From an uncultured archaeon (GTDB lineage Archaea > Asgardarchaeota > Thorarchaeia > Thorarchaeales > Thorarchaeaceae), in the NCBI GenBank assembly GCA_964558645.1, contig CAZLEV010000003.1, forward strand, positions 1-64,000: a stretch of DNA of 64,000 nt, written 5' to 3'. Under the pieces are notes generated by a model. The model made no database searches. It saw nothing but the letters and a program-made list of their open reading frames with translations, and was not told where the DNA came from. Position 1 is the first letter of the stretch. The number at the start of each line of letters is the position of its first letter. Below, piece by piece: positions 57,660-64,000 of this stretch. The translations under genes were made by a program, and so were the position numbers.

Positions 57660-58502
57660 ATGCAACTGCAAGTCAAGAAAGAAAATGTGTATGTTCCAGA
57701 CCTGGCCAAGCTGGTCTCAAAAAGGAAGATGAGTGATACTGAATCCCTCTTTGAATTCGAATTCGTGGATTCCAAGTTACGTGCCCTGTTCGACTATCGA
57801 CCTGGCCAGTTCGTTCAGTTGAGCATGTTTGGTATTGGTGAGGCTCCGTTCTCGATCAGCTCAACTCCTACGAGAAAAGGGTTCATCGAGCTCGGAATTC
57901 GCAGAACCGGCAGTGTTACCAATGCAATCCATAATCTGGAGATTGGTGATGTCGTTGGAATCAGAGGACCCTATGGCAATGGCTTTCCAATTGAGAATCT
58001 CAAGGGACGAAATCTCCTCTTCGTTGCGGGAGGTATTGGGCTTGTCCCGTTGCGTTCGCTGATCAATTACGTCATTGATAGACGTTCTCAATTTGGAGAT
58101 GTGACAATCTTCTATGGTACGAGGAGCCCATCCGAGATTATCTTCAAGGATGAGATTGCCGCATGGGATGCATTGGACGATGTGGACTTTCTGATGACTG
58201 TGGACGCGGGCGATAAGAACTGGAACGGCAATGTCGGTGTTGTCACGACCCTCTTCCAGAAGCGAGATATTGACCCTGATACAGTTGCTCTGGTCTGCGG
58301 TCCGCCGGTGATGTACAAGTTCGTCGTCAAGGAACTCTTGAAGATTGGTATTGGACGTGATGAGATTCTTGTTTCACTCGAGAGACGAATGAAGTGTGGA
58401 GTGGGTAAGTGCGCTCACTGTCAGATTGGCCATAAGCTCACGTGCATGGATGGACCAGTCTTCTCTATCTTTGAGGTAGAGCAATTGCAGGAGGCGATCT
58501 AA
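57660..58502 (+). CDS. Group 3b hydrogenase gamma subunit (FAD/NAD(P)-binding)
   Basis: 'GEAPFSISS', 'RGPYGNGF', 'AGGIGLVP', 'MKCGVGKCAHC..CMDGP'. Confidence 0.93.
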   Translation: MQLQVKKENVYVPDLAKLVSKRKMSDTESLFEFEFVDSKLRALFDYRPGQFVQLSMFGIGEAPFSISSTPTRKGFIELGIRRTGSVTNAIHNLEIGDVVGIRGPYGNGFPIENLKGRNLLFVAGGIGLVPLRSLINYVIDRRSQFGDVTIFYGTRSPSEIIFKDEIAAWDALDDVDFLMTVDAGDKNWNGNVGVVTTLFQKRDIDPDTVALVCGPPVMYKFVVKELLKIGIGRDEILVSLERRMKCGVGKCAHCQIGHKLTCMDGPVFSIFEVEQLQEAI

Positions 58503-59276
58503 TTGGGTAACAACGGAAAGCCCACTGTCGGCATCTTTGGCCTTACAGGCTGTGCTGGCTGTCAGTTGAACATCCTCAATATTGAGGATAACCTTCTGGA
58601 CATTCTGAAGCTGGTTGACATCACCAGTTGGGTCATGGCGAAGCAGGACAACAGCGAAGGCCCTTGGGATGTCGCTTTTGTGGAGGGGTCTGTCGCAAAG
58701 CAGTCTGAAGTGGATCGGGTGAAGAAGATTCGTGAGAAATCAGGGGTTCTAGTTGCCATTGGAGCGTGTGCCACTCATGGTGGATTGCCTGGCCTTCGCA
58801 ATTTCAGGGACATCGACGAGATGACGAGGATTGTCTACGGCGAGGATAACGAGCGCATCGACGCAATTCCCATCAAACCCGTTTCTGCCTATGTCGATGT
58901 GGACTATGAACTACCTGGCTGTCCGATGGAGAAGAGCGAGTTCGTCGAGATTGTTAAGTCACTGGTCATGGGCAAGAAACCGTATATTCCTCAATACAGC
59001 GTCTGTGGAGAGTGCAAGGCGCTTGAGAACATCTGCCTGTTGAAGGAAGGTAAGTTTTGCATGGGCCCAATCACACAGGCCGGATGCAATGCTCTCTGCC
59101 CCTCACACGGAGCTGCCTGTGAGGGCTGTAGAGGGCCTGCACCTGAGGCTAACTGGGCCGCCGAAGTGAAGATCTTGAAGGAGATAGGTGCTACAGGCGA
59201 TGATGTACGACGGAAATTCTTGAAGTATTGCCCGTCCGTGGCTGACATGCCTGCGTTTAAGGAGTTGGAATTCTAA
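58503..59276 (+). CDS. Group 3b hydrogenase delta (small) subunit
   Basis: 'TGCAGCQ', 'GACATHGG', 'GCP', C-terminal Cys cluster. Confidence 0.93.
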   Translation: MGNNGKPTVGIFGLTGCAGCQLNILNIEDNLLDILKLVDITSWVMAKQDNSEGPWDVAFVEGSVAKQSEVDRVKKIREKSGVLVAIGACATHGGLPGLRNFRDIDEMTRIVYGEDNERIDAIPIKPVSAYVDVDYELPGCPMEKSEFVEIVKSLVMGKKPYIPQYSVCGECKALENICLLKEGKFCMGPITQAGCNALCPSHGAACEGCRGPAPEANWAAEVKILKEIGATGDDVRRKFLKYCPSVADMPAFKELEF

Positions 59277-60556
59277 TGGGTACTGAGAGTATTGACATTA
59301 AACATATAGCTCGTGTTGAAGGACATGGGTCCCTCTACGTTACGACGAAGGACGGCGAGCTAGTTGACGTGAAGATGGCTGTTGATGAGGGGGCTCGGCT
59401 CTTTGAGGCATTCCTTCAGGGTAGAGAATATACCGAAGTCCCTGAGATAGCATGCCGGATCTGCGCCATCTGCAGTGCATCTCATAGAGTTGTTTCTACA
59501 AAGGCTGTAGAGAAGGCAATGGGCATTCAGGTCGACCAGCAGGTGACAGACCTTCGAAGGTTGCTTGTCTGGGGTGAATACATAGAGTCGCATATTCTCC
59601 ATGCGCTATACTTGGCGCTTCCCGATTATGTTGGTCATGAGAGCGTCATTTCCGCCGCTGCGGACTTCCCCGATGTCGTCAAGATTGCCCTGAAACTCAA
59701 GAAACTGGGGAACGATCTCCAGATTCTCACAGGAGGACGTGAGGTTCATCAAGTGACTCCCATGGTGGGGGGCTTTTCGGCTTACCCTGCACATCAAGAT
59801 TTGGAAGTGCTTCATGACAGACTTCAAGATGCACGACCTGACCTACAGACCTGCCTCGATGTCTGGGCCAGTCTTGAGGAACCGGAGTTCGAACGCAAAA
59901 CAGACTACTTTGCTCTTCGGAAAGATGATGAATATGCTCTTGTTGGTGGTGACCTCGCATCACTGAGCGGTGTTCGGGCGCCTGTTGAAGACTACAAGCA
60001 ATACATCACCGAGAGGGTTCCTGAGTATAGCTACGCAAAGGCTGGAATCAGAGATGGTCACGGCATCTTTGTCGGTGCTTTGGCTCGTTTGAATATCAAC
60101 CGAGACCTACTCTCTCCCTTTGCCAAGTCTGCACTGAAGACCCTGGGCATCGAACTACCCAGCTACAACACGTTCCACAACAATGCTGCTCAGCTCATCG
60201 AGACGGCTCAAGTGTTTGATATGGCTGATGAAACGATAAGCAGTCTCTTGTCATCAGACCTGGAGTGGCACGAGCCTGAGACTGTTCCCAAGGCTGGGAA
60301 GGGCACAGCAATGACAGAAGCTCCTCGAGGAACTCTTGTCCATTCGTACGAGTTCGACAAAGATGGTCTGCTCAAGACTGCGGATATCATCGCTCCGACT
60401 ACCATGAACTACACGAACATGGAAGAGGATGTCAGAGCCCTGTTTCCGCAGATTGCCGGCAAGAGTCGTCAGGAGATCGAGCTTATGCTCAATCGCCTAA
60501 TCAGGGCATACGATCCCTGTATCAGTTGCTCTTGTCATCTGGCTGAAATCCTGTAG
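59276..60556 (+). CDS. Group 3b [NiFe]-hydrogenase alpha (large) subunit
   Basis: 'ARVEGHG', L1 'RICAIC', L2 'DPCISCSCH' followed by a short cleavable tail. Confidence 0.95.
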   Translation: MGTESIDIKHIARVEGHGSLYVTTKDGELVDVKMAVDEGARLFEAFLQGREYTEVPEIACRICAICSASHRVVSTKAVEKAMGIQVDQQVTDLRRLLVWGEYIESHILHALYLALPDYVGHESVISAAADFPDVVKIALKLKKLGNDLQILTGGREVHQVTPMVGGFSAYPAHQDLEVLHDRLQDARPDLQTCLDVWASLEEPEFERKTDYFALRKDDEYALVGGDLASLSGVRAPVEDYKQYITERVPEYSYAKAGIRDGHGIFVGALARLNINRDLLSPFAKSALKTLGIELPSYNTFHNNAAQLIETAQVFDMADETISSLLSSDLEWHEPETVPKAGKGTAMTEAPRGTLVHSYEFDKDGLLKTADIIAPTTMNYTNMEEDVRALFPQIAGKSRQEIELMLNRLIRAYDPCISCSCHLAEIL

Positions 60557-60565
60557 TTCATCAAT

Positions 60566-60598
60566 GGGGGTTACCACCCCCTTCCCTCTTTCATTCTT
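60566..60598 (+). terminator. Hairpin plus pyrimidine tract after the hydrogenase operon
   Basis: GGGGGT-tacc-ACCCCC then TTCCCTCTTTCATTCTT. Confidence 0.55.
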
Positions 60599-60726
60599 GG
60601 ACTCCTCCCAATATCAGAGTGATTGCCTTGCCGTGTATTGCAGTTTAGTGATTCAGGGGGCAGCTGCAAAATGCTTTTGTGACCAACTTATTATATTGCA
60701 GGAATGACTCTGCAGGAAGAGAAACA

Positions 60727-62298
60727 ATGATGCTCAGAGGAAGACGATCTTTCACCTTGGTTGCGTTTGTCACCTTATTGGCCTTTCTCATGTTTGTGGG
60801 GACTAGCACTGCACAGACCGATGATGACTGGTTCGGAGACGAACACGTTCAACTCTATGTTACACTGAACGGGCAGTCTCTTACGGATGCGAACCAGCTC
60901 AACCCGATTGTAATCGATATGGAAGCCCCTATGACTCTGCACCTAGAAGTTGATGTTATTGGAGCAGAATCAGTCTACAACCTGAGTGGAGCCATTGGCT
61001 TCTACTATCAGGGTTTTCGTATATTCACTATTGGAATCCAACAGAATGTAACACAGATGATTTCTCCCGAGATTACGATTCCTCCCGTTGAGGCGGATGT
61101 TGACTTCGCATCTATTATCGAGACCGAGGTCTCAGGCTTTCCAGTTCAGATTGCCACCGGAACATTTCAGGCAGGCGTCGATTTCCAGTACTACCTCGAA
61201 GGTGAGACTCTGGGTGTGGACGATCCACACACATTCACCTTGGACTTCTACTTCAACATTCCGTCGGAAGACCTGACTGATGTCCTCTTCACTGTTGCCG
61301 GCGCTGCAACCGCGGTCGCAACAGTGAGTGCCGTTGCGGGATTCGGATTCAATTTCAAGTATCTTTTCGATGGCATCCAGACTGCCCATAAGGTCCGTTC
61401 GATTCAGAAGAAGGCTGGAGAGATACGTTCTCTGCCCAACTTGACAGTCATCGGTGCGATGCCAGCTCTATTCTCTGCGGTCAAGGAGATGAAGAAGAAA
61501 GATGAATCACCTGAGCAGTCACAAGTCAGTGAATACATGTTGAAACAACGTCTACGTGAAGTAGCACCTGATGCTTGGCCTATGAAGAAATGCCCACGCT
61601 GCGTACGCAAATGGAACAGCAAAGAGGGCAGGTGTAAGAAGTGTGATTTTGATGTTGAGGAGGCAAAGCGAGAGTATGCTGAGGTTCTTATTGAAAAAGT
61701 TCCCCGCGCCATGCGGGTATTGGACAAAAAGAAGGCGCTCTCGGTCAGGAATCTTGCAAAGAAGACAAAGTCCAATGAGTACAACGCGGGAGTCATCTCG
61801 GCAGCCATGGTTGACACTGGACTGACTGAGATCACCAAAGTAGAAACCCCGTTACGTAGCTTCGTGATGAACATTGGAGGTCTCGTCTTCCTTGTGCTGA
61901 CTTGGCAGCAATTGCTTGGAGGTGCTGCCAGTGAGTTTCAGACAACATTGACATTTGTTGGTGCTGCGCTTTCTGTTGCCGTCATTGTCGCCTTATACTT
62001 CGCCAGAAAGTCACAGATAGAGAAGTTACAGGTGGCAATCGATGAAGGGAAACCAATGATGCCAACCAAAGAAGAGGTTCTTGGGGAGGAAGAACGTACT
62101 GAAGCAGTCGAAGAGGAGACCGTATACGAGGGAGATAGCGAATATCCCTCTGAGTTCGAGCCAGCAGAGGAAGGCTATTCCGAATCAGAGCAAGAGGTCG
62201 ACGAAGCCCTTCTAGAGGACGAAGAAGGCCTTGAGTCCTTGGATGAGAGAGGCCGTGACGACACCCCCTCTTCGGATTACACGGTCACCGAAGATTAA
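60727..62298 (+). CDS. Membrane protein: signal peptide, extracellular beta-domain, TM, Zn-finger, helical domain, 2 TMs, acidic tail
   Basis: Signal 'MLRGRRSFTLVAFV..STA', CPRC..CKKC, Glu-rich C-terminus. The ORF track starts at 60679. Confidence 0.75.
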   Translation: MMLRGRRSFTLVAFVTLLAFLMFVGTSTAQTDDDWFGDEHVQLYVTLNGQSLTDANQLNPIVIDMEAPMTLHLEVDVIGAESVYNLSGAIGFYYQGFRIFTIGIQQNVTQMISPEITIPPVEADVDFASIIETEVSGFPVQIATGTFQAGVDFQYYLEGETLGVDDPHTFTLDFYFNIPSEDLTDVLFTVAGAATAVATVSAVAGFGFNFKYLFDGIQTAHKVRSIQKKAGEIRSLPNLTVIGAMPALFSAVKEMKKKDESPEQSQVSEYMLKQRLREVAPDAWPMKKCPRCVRKWNSKEGRCKKCDFDVEEAKREYAEVLIEKVPRAMRVLDKKKALSVRNLAKKTKSNEYNAGVISAAMVDTGLTEITKVETPLRSFVMNIGGLVFLVLTWQQLLGGAASEFQTTLTFVGAALSVAVIVALYFARKSQIEKLQVAIDEGKPMMPTKEEVLGEEERTEAVEEETVYEGDSEYPSEFEPAEEGYSESEQEVDEALLEDEEGLESLDERGRDDTPSSDYTVTED

Positions 62299-62305
62299 AG
62301 GCATA

Positions 62306-62335
62306 GGAGCTGGCCGTGCTGACCAGACCAGCTCC
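62306..62335. terminator. Hairpin between convergent genes
   Basis: GGAGCTGG...CCAGCTCC 8-bp stem. Confidence 0.45.
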
Positions 62336-62342
62336 CCAATTC

Positions 62343-63722
62343 CTACTGAGTTGCTGCAGTCAGGGTACAGTCCGAAACTCGAACATGCGGGATAATGGTA
62401 GGAGTAGGCACTTCCCACCAGTAGATCTGCTTCAGATCCTGTCCCAGTGCAGTGATCTTGGAGAACATCCGCATGAGATTGTCGCTAATTCTCAGATTCT
62501 TGATAGGTTTCATGTCTCCTTGCTCCACCAGAAACATGGCATCGCGAGGTATCGTTGAGAACTCACCTGTCTGATAGTTCTGGAACCTTGTGTACCAGTT
62601 GCAGGTCACATATATTGTGGGCTTGTTTCCTTCGAGTAGCTCTTCAAAGGAGTGGTCTCCCTCATCAAAGACGATATTCGAATTGCCGGGAAGCAGCATC
62701 TTCGAACCTTGACTTATGGACTGAAGCGAGGAGCTCCCAGTCGATTCCGTTTGAAACATCTTTGCAGTTGTGGTATTGTGAACAAGCGACTTGAGGACAC
62801 CATTCTCAACAATCTCAACCTCTCGAGTTGGTGTACCTTCGAAGTCGAATCTCTTGCTTCCCAAAGCACCTGCAAAATGTGGGTTGTCTTTCACGGAGAC
62901 AAAATCGGGGCCTATGCTCTCACCCATGCGGTCTCCCAATGGTGAAAGACCAATAAGAATAAGAAACGGGTTGGCACTTCCTGGTACGCCAGCAATGATA
63001 TCCGCTGCGACCGTGGGGCTGAGCACCAAATCGTATTTGCCGGGTTCTCCCTGTTTTGCTCCAATTGCCTGTTTCGACAGACGACCTGCTTCCGCCCCTG
63101 CTTCTACCATCTTCTCTTTGTCCTCTGTCGGCATAGTGCCACAATGAAGTCCTTGTCCTGAGTAGTCCAGTTCATCTTGGAATGCTCTCACATTGAGGTC
63201 GAACGACGTTGACCTGGTCAATCCTTCAGGACCGTAGCTTGATCTGAAGTACTTCTGCACTTTTCCAAACTTTAGTGCACCAGCCACTCTCTTAGCTCCC
63301 TTGGTTATGGCAGCATCTATGGACGAGTTGACTATCTCTGGTGCCTCTGCAGTGAAACTATCGATATTCTCGTCGAAGGTTCCGTGGATAGGCGAGTATT
63401 CACTGACAGTCCCCTCGACTCCTTGGAAGAACTGTGACTCGGGAAGAATCCTCGTGAATTCTAGCGCTGTGTCGACTGCGCTTCTCACCTCGTCCTCGTT
63501 GGAAACAGACCTCTCAATCGAGCCGATTTGGGCCCCCGTGCGAATGAGGAATATTTCTAGCTTGAGTTCTTTCCATCTCTTGCTGATATCTATTGCATTC
63601 TGCGAGAAGCGTATCTGGGACGTTGATGACTCGATCCCATGGACGATAATCCCCTCTGTTCTATCTTCTGCATAGTCAACAGCAAGGTCGACAAAGGTCT
63701 TCATGTCTTCGAAACCAGTCAT
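62343..63722 (-). CDS. TldD/PmbA-family protein (PmbA/TldE-like partner)
   Basis: 'QIRFSQN', 'PGKYDLVLSP', 'FDFEGTPT', 'VENGVLK', 'GEFS'. Confidence 0.88.
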   Translation of the reverse strand: MTGFEDMKTFVDLAVDYAEDRTEGIIVHGIESSTSQIRFSQNAIDISKRWKELKLEIFLIRTGAQIGSIERSVSNEDEVRSAVDTALEFTRILPESQFFQGVEGTVSEYSPIHGTFDENIDSFTAEAPEIVNSSIDAAITKGAKRVAGALKFGKVQKYFRSSYGPEGLTRSTSFDLNVRAFQDELDYSGQGLHCGTMPTEDKEKMVEAGAEAGRLSKQAIGAKQGEPGKYDLVLSPTVAADIIAGVPGSANPFLILIGLSPLGDRMGESIGPDFVSVKDNPHFAGALGSKRFDFEGTPTREVEIVENGVLKSLVHNTTTAKMFQTESTGSSSLQSISQGSKMLLPGNSNIVFDEGDHSFEELLEGNKPTIYVTCNWYTRFQNYQTGEFSTIPRDAMFLVEQGDMKPIKNLRISDNLMRMFSKITALGQDLKQIYWWEVPTPTIIPHVRVSDCTLTAATQ

Positions 63723-64000
63723 TGACCAACACCTCCCAATCTAATGTTCCTCAGTCTAAGTTCGCCGCCTCCCGCGTAGACCGGAACTCCCTGCATGGGA
63801 TCGCTTTTTCCGCATGTCCCGGGGAAGTCGAACTTTAGCCGCTTCGAAACTGCATCGATTGCGCTGAGAAGCCCCACGCTTGTGGTTTCCAGAACCGGCC
63901 TGCTTACCATCTCGTCTGTCACCTCACCCTCACGGATAACATAGGCCACGGAGCCTTTGTACTTGGATTGGTATCGTCTGTCATCAATATTCCACTCGGC
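63719..64000 (-). CDS. tldD: TldD metalloprotease, 3' part (runs off the window)
   Basis: C-terminal 'GTCGKSDPMQGVPV..GG' motif; overlaps the start of the PmbA-like gene. Confidence 0.8.
   Translation of the reverse strand, partial: AEWNIDDRRYQSKYKGSVAYVIREGEVTDEMVSRPVLETTSVGLLSAIDAVSKRLKFDFPGTCGKSDPMQGVPVYAGGGELRLRNIRLGGVGQ

Noticed and set aside
59276-60556. [NiFeSe] hydrogenase or unusual large-subunit C-terminus
   Set aside because: All four ligands are Cys codons, and the short tail after His is normal for group 3b.
1-64000. CRISPR arrays, rRNA/tRNA genes, transposases, integrases
   Set aside because: No regularly spaced repeats, RNA-gene signatures or recombinase motifs were seen by eye; short or intron-split tRNAs cannot be fully excluded without tRNAscan-SE.

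Overview
Dense archaeal chromosomal segment. The most likely source is an Asgard archaeon of Thorarchaeia type. This is inferred from gene content: archaeal/eukaryotic-type GlyRS and CoaD, an Nre-like protein, class II HMG-CoA reductase, MutS/MutL, tal/rpe, a group 3b [NiFe]-hydrogenase, a reductive dehalogenase-family protein and a giant surface glycoprotein with a Thr linker and C-terminal TM anchor. Most genes are housekeeping or metabolic. Two eroded, visibly AT-richer accessory patches lie at about 0.3-2.3 kb and about 42-48 kb; the second includes a membrane pyrophosphatase pseudogene and a fragmented surface-protein gene. No rRNA, tRNA, CRISPR array or transposase was recognised. Best candidates for novelty: (1) a convergent pair of SNAP (soluble NSF attachment protein)-like genes at 9.2-11.2 kb, one fused to two Ig-like domains; (2) a reductive dehalogenase whose usual Tat leader is replaced by an ABCE1/RLI-type 2x[4Fe-4S] domain; (3) a receptor-like membrane protein with a cytoplasmic Zn-finger and winged helix; (4) structured non-coding DNA upstream of the surface-protein gene. 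All family calls are by-eye motif recognition, and reference motifs are quoted from memory; no searches were run.
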